64,000 nucleotides of DNA, from assembly GCF_009914755.1 (NCBI RefSeq), contig NC_060926.1. One strand, written 5' to 3'. This DNA is from the human T2T-CHM13v2.0 reference genome, Homo sapiens. Each line of letters starts with the position of its first letter. Within the stretch, counting starts at the first letter, position 1. Both the position numbers and the translations under genes were made by a program. This document shows positions 1 to 16,186 of this stretch, piece after piece. The notes under the pieces were generated by a model. The model ran no database searches. It was not told the origin of the DNA and worked only from the letters and a program-made list of their open reading frames with translations.

Positions 1-189
1 GACGGGGCTTCACCATGTTGGCCAGGCTGGTCTGGAACTCCTGACCTCAGGTGATCCACCCACCTTGGCCTCCCAAATGCTGGGATTACAGGCGTGAGCC
101 CCTGCGCCCGAACCTAATTTTTTATTTTTACATAGAGACAGGGTCTCAGGCAGGGCACAGTGACTCACACTTGTAATCCTTTGGGAGGA

Positions 190-297
190 TACTACTAATA
201 ATAATATTTATTATTAGTAGTAGTACTAATAATAATATTTATTAGTAGTAGTAGTACTAATAATAATATTTATTAGTAGTAGTAGTACTAATAATAC
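190..297. repeat. AT-rich palindromic minisatellite, about 31-bp period, inside an Alu
   Basis: Unit tactaataataatatttattagtagtagtag at 224-254 and 255-285, plus variant and partial copies. Confidence 0.9.
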
Positions 298-384
298 TTT
301 AGAAGAGCGAGGCAGGGGGATTGTTTGAGTCCAGGAATTTGAGACCAGCCTGAGCTGTGTAACATAGTGAGACCCTTGTCTCTA

Positions 385-1500
<1,116 letters not shown>

Positions 1501-1546
1501 CCTCAGCCTCCCAAAGCGTTACTCCACTTAGTTTTAAAGTCAAGCA

Positions 1547-2503
<957 letters not shown>

Positions 2504-2945
2504 CTAGCTCTGTGCTTGACTTGGTGTGTCACCTAGGTATGTTACTGGACCTTTGTGGCCCTCACTTTCCTCATGTGTAAAATTAGGGTGAAAATGCCTA
2601 CTTGTGAAAGTAGCTATAAGGATAAAATTCGATAATGGATGAAAGCAGAGACTTCAGTATGGTGGGTGAGATACTTGCAGGGTCCTCTCTATCACACAAC
2701 TAGATTCTGTGTAAAACAGAATTTTCAAATTATATTGCTTGGTACATAGAAGCAAAGGAAATCAGTGGGGGTGGGGAGGGGCGAAGAGAAAAGGCGGAGC
2801 TGAAAGCAGAACCCTGAGTGGCAAGCACAGAAAAGGCAGCATTTCGCAGAGGACCAGTGCTGGCAATGTCACTGAGCTAGAGAGACCAGACTATTCCTCC
2901 AAACCCCTAAAAGGAGGGGTACCTGCAGCTAAGATTCCAGAGACC

Positions 2946-4852
<1,907 letters not shown>

Positions 4853-5373
4853 ATCAACGAATGAATTAAATGATAGATTTGTCTGAAAACAGAACTAGTG
4901 ACCAGTATGAGAGGACTGAAAGAAAAACAGAACGTGCAGTTCTGGGAGATGATGAGAAGGCTGAGAGTGAGAAGGTCTAACAGGTCTAATCAGATTCCCA
5001 GAATGAGAGGATAAAGAGAATAGAGAAGAGGCAATATTATGCCAATGGATAATCTTGAAGACTTTCTCAGAATCGATGCAAGAAATGAATCTACAGATAA
5101 AGTATCTAGCCCAGTGTCTGGTATCTGGTGGATGTTTGGAGACTGTCTGTTCCTTCCCCACTTAGTGGTGGAGGGCTTCTCTCCACCTCCTTCCAGAATC
5201 ACTAGAATGTGCTTCCGTACCTCTTGATGGTTCAAGCCTTCTAGATTGCTGTAGATGCCCTTATGGGGGGTGAGGTGGAAGGGCCAGCCCTCTCCTAGGC
5301 AACCCTGGCTGGGGTGAGGGGTGTAGCTCTAGGCCAGGTCCCAGCTCTGAGTGCTGACCTGTGTGTGTATCAG

Positions 5374-5469
5374 AGTGAGCTCAGCGATGGCATCGCGATG
5401 CTGGTGGCAGGCAATGACCGCGTGCAAGCAGTGATCACACAGATGGAGGAGGTGTGCCAGACTATCGAG
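5374..5469 (+). CDS. TRIM54: TRIM54 (MuRF3) internal coding exon, coiled-coil ([32 protein letters not shown])
   Basis: cag acceptor 5371-5373, gtgagc donor at 5470; 96 nt, phase 0/0; peptide recognised as MuRF family. Upstream exons (RING, B-box) lie outside the window. Confidence 0.95.
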
Positions 5470-5998
5470 GTGAGCCTGGGCTGGAGGGAGGGAGGAACAG
5501 CAACTGGCTAGCCTGCGGACCCCGGGCTCCCAAGAGAACTGCTCCTCTCTGACCTCTCGCCAAACTGGTCTGAAAGTTTCTGGGGTCCTGGGAGTGGTGG
5601 GAGGTGCTTTTGCCAGGCTGCTGGGTGTGCATTCCAGCTTTGCCGCAAAACTTTAATCCAGTTATTTAACTTCTCTGTGCTTTGGTTTTGTTTAACCTCA
5701 TAAAACAGTGATGATGATAATGATACACCAGCTACCTCATGGGTTCTTTTTGAGAATTAAATGGAATAATGCAAATAAAAACCAGGGCTAGGGATATAGA
5801 CAGCAATCAGTGAAGCTACTTTAAAGCATTGTGTTTTTATTATGGAAAAGATCTGGGCTGGGTTCTGGCTCAGCCACTAACTCACAGTGTCACTACGGAT
5901 GGGTCACTTTCTGTGTTGGTTCTCTGTGAGTACCCTGTGCTTTCCCAGCCACCGGGTCTCAGCCACGCCTTCCCTCATCCTTGCTCCCCATCTTTTAG

Positions 5999-6232
5999 GA
6001 CAATAGCCGGAGGCAGAAGCAGTTGTTAAACCAGAGGTTTGAGAGCCTGTGCGCAGTGCTGGAGGAGCGCAAGGGTGAGCTGCTGCAGGCGCTGGCCCGG
6101 GAGCAAGAGGAGAAGCTGCAGCGCGTCCGCGGCCTCATCCGTCAGTATGGCGACCACCTGGAGGCCTCCTCTAAGCTGGTGGAGTCTGCCATCCAGTCCA
6201 TGGAAGAGCCACAAATGGCGCTGTATCTCCAG
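5999..6232 (+). CDS. TRIM54: TRIM54 coding exon ([17 protein letters not shown]...[10 protein letters not shown])
   Basis: ttttag acceptor, gtgggc donor at 6233; 234 nt in frame; matches ORF 6023..6364. Confidence 0.96.
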
Positions 6233-6494
6233 GTGGGCCCTAGGGGAGGGTGGCAGCGCTGCACAGTGGCTGGAGTCAGGGCCTTGGTACCTGGAGTCCC
6301 GGGTTCAAGTCTTGTCTCTTGCACCTGCTTGCCCCTACGACCTTGGGCAAGTCACCCCCTCTGAGTTCGTTTTCTGCTTAACGAATTGGGACGTGCCTTC
6401 CCACCTACCCCGCAGGACTGTGGTGAGATTCAGAAATGGGACTTTGCCCAGGTTGGCCCAGTGCTTACTCTCACCCTCCTTTTCTTCCCTGCAG

Positions 6495-6517
6495 CAGGCC
6501 AAGGAGCTGATCAATAA
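6495..6517 (+). CDS. TRIM54: TRIM54 23-nt micro-exon (QAKELIN-K), COS box region
   Basis: Polypyrimidine tract then CAGCAG acceptor; gtgagt donor at 6518; keeps the frame into the next exon. Confidence 0.93.
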
Positions 6518-6627
6518 GTGAGTAGGCATAGCGGGAAGGGAAAGGAGGGGGCTGCACTGCTCCACTGGCTGGGGTGGGGCTTGAGAGTGCTGGGGCATTG
6601 CCAGCTGAGTCCGTGTGGCCACTGCAG

Positions 6628-6752
6628 GGTCGGGGCCATGTCGAAGGTGGAGCTGGCAGGGCGGCCGGAGCCAGGCTATGAGAGCATGGAGCAATTCACC
6701 GTAAGGGTGGAGCACGTGGCCGAAATGCTGCGGACCATCGACTTCCAGCCAG
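6628..6752 (+). CDS. TRIM54: TRIM54 coding exon ([41 protein letters not shown])
   Basis: ctgcag acceptor, gtgaag donor at 6753; COS-box end motif typical of MuRF proteins. Confidence 0.95.
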
Positions 6753-6870
6753 GTGAAGGAGGTGGCCGAGGGCCGCTGAGACGGGTTCGGACCCTCTGTG
6801 TGGGGGGTGCGGCGGGCACGATGGCCGTAAAGGCAGGGACTCCACCTCACCAGGCCTTCCTTGGGCTCAG

Positions 6871-6956
6871 GCGCTTCCGGGGAGGAAGAGGAGGTGGCCC
6901 CAGACGGAGAGGAGGGCAGCGCGGGGCCGGAGGAAGAGCGGCCGGATGGGCCTTAA
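6871..6956 (+). CDS. TRIM54: TRIM54 last coding exon, acidic tail ([28 protein letters not shown])
   Basis: ctcag acceptor; TAA at 6954-6956; donor gtgaga at 6958, 1 nt after the stop. Confidence 0.94.
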
Positions 6957-7406
6957 GGTGAGAGCCGCCCGATGGGCCTTAAGGTGAGAGCGGCCTGAGG
7001 GGCTTGGGGTGGGGCCTGGCTGGTGTGCTCGCGTCCCCTCCCCCAGTGATTGCCCTCCCTGCGGGTAGCGTGGAGCCCCCACTCCTCGGTGCAACCCAAC
7101 CCCGGAGCCACAAAGGCGCGCCCCCTAGGGCGGAAAAGTACACTTTCCTCCTCACCCGCTGTTCCTCTGGGGTGCTGGGAGGGCAGGCAAGGCAGGCTGA
7201 GTAGAGGAGAAACCCACGTGGCGGGGGACGGAGTGAGCGGGGCTCGAGCTGCCTCGTGCCTTCGCAGCACCCGCCCACCGAGCCTTCTTTCCCGGGCACA
7301 GGCCTGCGCCGACCCGACCCTGCTCGAGAGCCCGCGCTAGAGTCGGGGAGGATCTGCGCAGAGACCGCAGCATCACCCAAATCGGCGCCGGCCCCGGGAG
7401 GATCTC

Positions 7407-7412
7407 AATAAA
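7407..7412 (+). terminator. TRIM54 proximal polyadenylation signal AATAAA
   Basis: Canonical hexamer about 105 nt into the terminal exon. Confidence 0.7.
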
Positions 7413-7828
7413 GAACTCGAGCGTCCCAGACCCGTATCTCCTTTCGCTGCCCAACCCCGCAGCCTGGGCTTCGAAGGCGACCCGCCCACCATCCTGCCCT
7501 TCCCAGAACCTGAGACCGTCTGGGGGGCGGAAGCCAAATGAACCCCTATTGGGCACCTCTGTGATGCCAGGAGCGAACTGGTGAGCCCAGCGCCCTGGGA
7601 AGAGGGCCGAGGGCGGGGCGGTGGTGCCGGGACCTCTGAGGTCCTGGGGATTTGGGGACCCTTGGGGTCCACATGCACCTGGCTGACCTGGCTGAAAGCC
7701 GCTGTCTCGGAGCCCCCCACAGCATTTTGTTCCCCTCCCGCTGGCCCGGGGGCCCCACCTTCCCACGGGTTCCCACGCTGCTGTGACTGCCCTGCCTCTA
7801 CGACAAAAGCCAACGGGTCTTCAGTACT

Positions 7829-7837
7829 TTTATTAAA
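7829..7837. terminator. Overlapping poly(A) signals: AATAAA on - (UCN, 7829-7834) and ATTAAA on + (TRIM54 distal, 7832-7837)
   Basis: Sequence tttattaaa, an isolated AT-rich island in GC-rich DNA about 100 nt past the UCN stop. Confidence 0.8.
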
Positions 7838-7935
7838 AAATAGTCACGCAGACAGTGCCCTGGTGGCTCTGCCCCGCATCCCAACTCTGGGGTGGGGGAA
7901 AGGGGTCAACGTTTTCGCAGCCCCAAACCGGGCCA

Positions 7936-8310
7936 TCACTTGCCCACCGAGTCGAATATGATGCGGTTCTGCTCGGCGCGCTCCCGCTGGCTCTGCGTCC
8001 GCGCCAGCTCCAGCAGGGTCCGCAGCAGGTGAAAGGTGAGGTCAATGGACAGAGAAGGGTTGTCCCGCCGCGGCCGCTCGCCTGCCGTCCCGAGTCCCAA
8101 TCGGCCGGGCCCCGCGCGGCGCGGGAAGCGCTCCGCCAGCAGCAAGAGGAGCGCGCGGGCCCCGCCACCCTGGTTCCGTGCCCCGGGGCTCCAGCGCAGA
8201 CTCGGGTCCTGGACCCCGGCCGCCTCGGGGCTCCTCTGGCTGCTCCCAGGGCACAGCTGTACCAGGAGCAGCAGCGCGGCCAGCAGCGCTGCGCGTCCCG
8301 CCTGCCTCAT
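7936..8310 (-). CDS. UCN: Prepro-urocortin (urocortin 1, CRF family), 124 aa; mature 40-mer at 7945-8064
   Basis: ggcaccATG start; signal peptide MRQAGRAALLAALLLLVQLCPG; RPRR cleavage site; DNPSLSIDLTFHLLRTLLELARTQSQRERAEQNRIIFDSV followed by GK amidation signal and TGA. Exon 2 acceptor gives an exon start at 8323. Confidence 0.99.
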   Translation of the reverse strand: MRQAGRAALLAALLLLVQLCPGSSQRSPEAAGVQDPSLRWSPGARNQGGGARALLLLLAERFPRRAGPGRLGLGTAGERPRRDNPSLSIDLTFHLLRTLLELARTQSQRERAEQNRIIFDSVGK

Positions 8311-8574
8311 GGTGCCGCCGGCCCTGGACACACAGGGGCAGCGCAGGGTGAGGTGCGCCTGGGACAGCTGCAGGCCGCCGCTCCCCTCCCCGCGCTCGCC
8401 CGGCGACCCCTCCGGCCGCCGCCCAATGCCCGCAGCCTGCCCTCCAGCCCCAGCCACTGCGCCAGTGCTGTTCCATCCCTTCCACCCAGCCTCCCTCCCC
8501 GGAGGAGCGTGGTGGCTGAGCTGAGCGGAGTCCTGGTGCAGGGGGAGGCTGGGCGGACGCTCTGAGCCACTCAC

Positions 8575-8662
8575 AGGTTGTCGGCGAGCGTCTGTACGGT
8601 CCAAGATTGAGCTCCAGTCTCTGTCCCTCGGGGCAGGCTGAAGACGCCTTGGGGAACACAGG
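8575..8662 (-). other. UCN: UCN non-coding exon 1 (TSS approximate)
   Basis: gtgagt donor (actcac 8569-8574), 251-nt intron to the acceptor at 8324; TSS inferred about 25-30 nt downstream of the TATA box. Confidence 0.8.
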
Positions 8663-8687
8663 GTCTGTCCCGGGGCTGTCGCCAGCC

Positions 8688-8722
8688 TTATATAGTGCCA
8701 GGACAGCTCCGACTGACGTCAG
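8688..8722 (-). promoter_or_regulatory. UCN core promoter: TATATAA (8688-8694) and palindromic CRE TGACGTCA (8714-8721)
   Basis: Both motifs read directly; the TATA plus CRE layout is established for CRF-family promoters. Confidence 0.9.
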
Positions 8723-9506
8723 CGAAGAACATGCACTGATTGTAGAAGCAATGACAGCCACAGCTTCGAGTCTGACGGCTGGCGGGCCCCCGGAGGGGCG
8801 CACCTCCCTACACCAGCCTTCGTGCCCCTGGGGCTAGCGCTGGAAGCAGCACTGGACGCAGGAAAGCGAGAAGCCGGCTGGGGCGTAAAGACTGCTCTGG
8901 GACCCACGGGAGTCCCTCGCCCCGCTTAGAACAGCCAGCAATGACTAGGGCCGTCCCCAGACCAGACTAGTCCGGGTCGCGTGTTCTGACACACGAAAGG
9001 GAGGCGGGACCGTGAGGCTGTCCATGGTGCTGACCCCGTCCTCTGCCTCTAGAAGTGGCCAGAAATGTGAGAACGCTGTGCCGCTGGAACCCACTGCCTC
9101 CCTGCAGCTATCAGTTCTGCAAATGCAGGCATCAGGAGTCCACCGCTGGCACTCAGCCAACACAGTGGGACCCACTGAGAGGCAGTCTGCCACAACCAAA
9201 GTCTCCCAGCATTCTTATCTTTTTCCAGCCCCAGGATCCAAATTGTAGGGCTGTCTGACAGGCACCATGTAACAGAGGGTCTCTAGCATCCGAGTGCTTT
9301 CAGACCACAAATGGCTGGCCCATCTGCTTTTGAGTTTGCCAAAGTAGTTTAGCAAAGTTCAGTTTCTCTCCTGGGAATCATAGCAGCAGTGTAACTCTGC
9401 CCATGAGCAGCAAAGAAATATGGGTTCAAGTTTCTGCTAACTCCTGGTGTGGACAGGTCACCTCCCTCCTACCAACCTCAGGGTCCTCATTTGTAAGACT
9501 GGGCTT

Positions 9507-9894
<388 letters not shown>

Positions 9895-9928
9895 TTACTC
9901 ATTACCACTGCAGATTCCGGATTACATA

Positions 9929-9934
9929 TTTAAT
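9929..9934 (-). terminator. MPV17 poly(A) signal ATTAAA (with AGTAAA variant at 9941-9946)
   Basis: tttaat on +, about 400 nt downstream of the MPV17 stop; U-rich sequence follows on the - strand. Confidence 0.7.
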
Positions 9935-10334
9935 AACATATTTACTGAGGCACCATATAAAGGGTTCCGGGAGTCTCTAAAGAGCTGGAGCTACAAGAAG
10001 CCTAGGCAGGGTTAGAGTAACAAATGTGTCTATGAAGAGTGGGGATGAGTGGCATTTGCTGGGATATGGGTGTAAAGTTGATAAGGTCATGAAGGTTCAA
10101 CAGATATTTATGGAGTGCCTAGTATGTGGTGGGAATAAGACTATTATCAAGGGCTCTAAAGCAGTCAGTGTACATTTTAGAGTGAAGAGGGGCATTGCAG
10201 GGTGCTAGTCCTCTTAAGCTCTGACCGGCAACCCAACCCCGTGGAAACTGGTATGCCCACTTTGAGGAGGTTGTCTGACCGTTCCAGGGTCAAGCTGCAT
10301 CACTGCAAGGTGGAAACGATGGAGTGAGGCAGGC

Positions 10335-10493
<159 letters not shown>

Positions 10494-10519
10494 TCATGAC
10501 AAAGGATTGGCAGGTTTAG

Positions 10520-11781
<1,262 letters not shown>

Positions 11782-12319
11782 AGTCTGTATTCGTTTTAGC
11801 TATGCTACTCATGTACATTTTGGCCCTGTTCCCTCTGAAGCGTTCCATATTTTCCCCTGTTCCCACGATCCTTCACCTTCAAGCATTTGAACCACACATC
11901 TTCAGTGCCACTATCTTTTTGGGTGCAGTTCAGCAACTGTCTTTATTGTGAGTGTCTGACCAGGCTCCTACTTGGCCTTCTGGTCTACCTCTCTGTCTAA
12001 CCTAGGCTGCAGCACCCCAGCCACTGTCCCTCCAGATATGCCATCAAAGACGGAGCTCAGGTGGGATGGAGACAAGGGTGGTAGAAGCAGGATCCTCCCT
12101 AGGGAGATGAAGAAGGTCAGTGGGCAGACACTCTGGGACAGTTTCCGGAAATGGCAAGACATTCTGAATAACACGCTTGGGAATCTGAGGAACTCTGATC
12201 ACGGCTCAGTGTTCCGTTTGGGGGTCTAAGGTAGCTCAAGGTTGAAATGAGAATCATTTTGTCTCCAACTGTTGGTAACGTGGGTCTTCCTTGATGGGTG
12301 GGGTAGGGGTGCAACATAC

Positions 12320-12372
12320 CTGTAATGAAGGGGGACCAGGTAGAAGTTGGCTAACTGCACAGCAGGCCATAG
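12320..12372 (-). CDS. MPV17: MPV17 exon 7 (LWPAVQLANFYLVPLHY-R)
   Basis: 53 nt, ag/gtatgt boundaries; WP..Q..NF..VP motif of the Mpv17/PMP22 family. Confidence 0.97.
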
Positions 12373-12634
12373 CTGCAAGAGAAAATGTAAAGGTTGGATG
12401 GCTGCCCCACCACCTGACCCCAGACTCACTGTCTTGCCTGGCCCTACCCCAACTTCTGCACACAAGAAAAAGGTGAACAGTTGGGTGATGGCTTCCCTAT
12501 TTATGGTGCCCATCCTGGGAATGAAAGAGTAATCCCAACGGAAGGGTTTCCCATGTCAGGAGGACCCCCCAATCCCAGGACAGTTCTAGACTTAAGGAAG
12601 CAGGAGAACAAGCAGTTGAGGTGTCAGCTCTTAC

Positions 12635-12667
12635 ATAGTAGTTGGTGATAAGGGCATCAGGATAATC
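12635..12667 (-). CDS. MPV17: MPV17 exon 6 (DYPDALITNYY)
   Basis: 33 nt, ccccag/gtaaga boundaries, in frame. Confidence 0.95.
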
Positions 12668-12815
12668 CTGGGGAGACAGAGAAGGAACAAATTAACACTT
12701 GCGCCTCCAAGCAGCTCCCACTTCCCAGTATGAATGTCACACACAGACTTGGGTTCAAAGAGCACATTCCTGCACCATAACCCTCAGCTCCTCTCCTCCA
12801 TGGCCTGGGGCCCTA

Positions 12816-13010
<195 letters not shown>

Positions 13011-13100
13011 CTAGGGAAGAGAAATTAAAGTCCTATGAGTGCTGAAATCCCCACCTACCCCCAACACAGCTCACCCTCCCCACTCTGTTCTCCTGCTCAC

Positions 13101-13193
13101 CTGATCCAACAACATCTTCTTCAGTGCATCCACTTTGGTGGTGCCAGGGATGAACCGATCCAAAACCTTGTACCAGCCTCCTACCACAGGGCC
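13101..13193 (-). CDS. MPV17: MPV17 exon 4 ([31 protein letters not shown])
   Basis: 93 nt, ttccag/gtgagc boundaries. Confidence 0.96.
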
Positions 13194-13414
13194 CTGGAAG
13201 TAAACCCCAGATAGCAGCAGGCTGCAGTGAGGGAGCCCTAGGCCTCTACCTCACTAAGCTCCCTGCCCCAAGTATCAGAATAGGGGAAGTGGACACTAAG
13301 AAAAAAGAGGGCGGCAGGTTGGCTTAGGTGTGAGAGTCCAAGGGAAGCCAAAGGATGGCAAAGAACTAAGACCACTGTTGAGTCCACTGAAGCCCTGTTG
13401 AGGGGAGAACTTAC

Positions 13415-13530
13415 CACAAAGCCACAGCCCAGGGACACCATGGTCAGAGTCCGGCCTCTCTGGTGTTCCTGCAGACCCCGCCTCTCCACCAGCTGCTGTG
13501 AGATAATGTCACCCAGGCCCATCAGGGACC
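13415..13530 (-). CDS. MPV17: MPV17 exon 3 ([38 protein letters not shown])
   Basis: 116 nt, atag/gtaagt boundaries; Arg50 codon CGG intact at 13451-13453. Confidence 0.97.
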
Positions 13531-15881
13531 CTATGCAGGGTACACAGGTGTTGTCAGGACATCTCCTGGGATGGGCTGCCATTCCAAGGAGGGAGGGACA
13601 TCTGCTGACCTCCACTGAGGCTCTGGTACTCTGAACCCCAGGGCTTCATTGTGGAAACAAATGACTAGTCCCTTCCTGCTGCCTCAAAGCCCTCACCTCC
13701 CCAATGATGGTGACACCTCATGTGTATTCTGTCAGAAACTGGGATGAGCAGACCCAGGTCCAGGAACTTTGCATTGAGCAGTAAAGGGAAGTCAGAGTCA
13801 GAAAGTATAGAGAGAGGAAGGAGAATTTAAGGCCACAGGGCTGAGAACCACAGACTGTCAGAATCAAAAGGGGCTTTAAGATAATTTAATGCAAACCACT
13901 TATTTTAGAGGTATGGAAATGAAGTCCAGGGTCCCACATAACCAGTAAGTGCAGGGCCAATGCAACAACCAGGTGGCTGGATTCCTAGACACTGTTCTTT
14001 CCAGGACTCAGCACAATGAATAAATCATGTGTAGAATGGTAGGAAACCCTGTTTTCTCCCCCAAGCCCAATGCAAGACCCTGCCAACAGCTTTCACCTTG
14101 GTCTAGGGGATCTCTATTTGTAGAGAACAGCAAGAATAACTTTTTTTTTTAAAGACTGAGTCTCACTCTGTTGTCCAGGCTAGAGTGCAGTGGCATGATC
14201 TTGGCTCACTGCAACCTCTGCCTCCCGATTCAAGCGATTCCCCTGCCTCAGCCTCTCAAGTAGCTGGGACTACAGGCACCCACCACCATGCCTGGCTATT
14301 TTTTGTATTTTTAGTAGAGATGGGGTTTTGCCATGTTAGCCAGGCTGATCTTGAACCCCTGACCTCAGGTGATCTGCTCACCTCGGCTTCTCAAAGTGCT
14401 GAGATTACAGGCATAAGCCACTGTGCCTGGCCAGAATAAATCTTTTTCTAAAACAAGAGTGCCGGCCTGGAATGGTGGCTCACACCTGTAATCCCGGCAC
14501 TCTGGGAGGCTGAGGCAGGAGGATTGCTTGAGCCCAAGAGTTTGAGTCCAGCCTGGGCAATATAGCAAGACCCCACTTCTACAAAAAATTTTTTTAAACA
14601 ATTAGCTGGGCACGGTGGCACGTGCCTGTAGTCCCAGCTACTCAGGAGGCTGAAGTAGGAGGACTGTTTGAGCCCAGGAGGTCCAGGCTGCAGTGATCAC
14701 GCCATTACACTGCTGCCTGGGCGACAGAACAAGACCCTATCTCAAAAAGAAAAAAAAAGTAATAAAACAAGAGTGCTCAAATGGTCATAAGCAGGAAGAT
14801 GACTGGTTGAGCTGATAAGAGTCCCCACAACAAAGAGTCTTGGCCACCTCTTAGCACAATCAGCTAAACCAAGATTTCCCCCATTCACAACCTTAGATTG
14901 AGTTGGCAATGGATATAGTGGTCATTTCCCTTCCAGGACTCTGCACCTGCTTCCCTTGCCCCAACTGCACAGATACCCAGCTCCAAGCAGCCCTATTTAG
15001 ACACCCACACCCAGAAACGATGAAAGAAATCATCACTGTTTACAGAGCCCCCAGTCCATTATGGTGGTGTGATGGTTTCTAGCAAATACACACTTACCAG
15101 GCCACTTGGGAGTGACCGTGTGATTTCCAGCTCACCTGTCTATCTCACCGAGTAATGAGAGCCCCCCTCCAGACCCACAGTCACACTGTCCCTGTGCCCT
15201 CAATTAGCACTGGACAAACACATCCTTCTGCCCCATTCCTTGGCCCAGAACTGGCTCTGACGTCCATGCTGGCTGCACACTCACTGTTGCGTTCTTCCTC
15301 CACACCCTCTGCCCGGCCGGCCCTGCCCCTGAGCAGCCTAGTCAGTGGCAGCTGGGTATGGCTGAGAGCTGGGGTTGGGGATGGAAACCCGTGGCTCACC
15401 TCGGCTACTGGCCATGGAGCAGCTCTGGGCACCCCCAGTCCTGCCTCGTCTCTCCCTGAAACTCCCAAAGTGGTGGGGGTCTTCCCAGAACACTGCGAGG
15501 CATGACCTCCCAGGGCCAAGGATAGAATCCTAGATACCTTTGTTATCCCATCCCCTCACCATGCAGCTAAGCAAGCTACTGGTAGGTGCTCAGAAAATAA
15601 AGGGAAAACGTCAAATGTACTGTCCCAAACAGCAGGACGACTCTGAGAAAGGGTCTGAAGAATTCTTAAGTTGCCCAAAGGTCCAAGTCGGGTAGAAGGT
15701 GTGAGGACGTCGGGGGAACTGCAGGTTTGCTCCCACCCGCACCCGGTTCCCTATCCCTCCAGCCAGGGATGAGAGGGAGCTGCTGCAGCCCTGCAGAAAG
15801 GGAAGAGTGCTGCCAAGAAGGCCAGGGGATGGTGAGGCAGAAAAGGCAGTCCTTTCTCAAATGAAGGGACCAACAGTGTAA

Positions 15882-16186
<305 letters not shown>

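Larger units (their letters stand above)
7302..7855 (+). other. TRIM54: TRIM54 terminal non-coding (3'UTR) exon; end approximate
   Basis: ttctttcccgggcacag acceptor ending at 7301; AATAAA 7407-7412 and distal ATTAAA 7832-7837. Confidence 0.75.
6700..9020. promoter_or_regulatory. CpG island spanning the TRIM54 3' end and the whole UCN gene
   Basis: Visibly high GC and dense CpG; boundaries estimated by eye. Confidence 0.8.

Noticed and set aside
7936-8604. 222-aa N-terminally extended UCN ORF
   Set aside because: It starts at TTG and runs through intron 1; open frames are expected at this GC content. The true start is the ATG at 8310.
6950-8803. Many long overlapping ORFs on both strands around UCN (for example 7855..8565 +, 8042..8803 -, 7152..7766 -)
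   Set aside because: Stop-codon depletion in a CpG island; Pro/Arg/Gly/Ala-rich with no recognisable domain.
15181-15519. 112-aa ORF and two exon-like segments (15285-15337, 15400-15455) in MPV17 intron 2
   Set aside because: TTG start, no family match, weak pyrimidine tracts, and the 62-nt gap is below the usual minimum human intron size.
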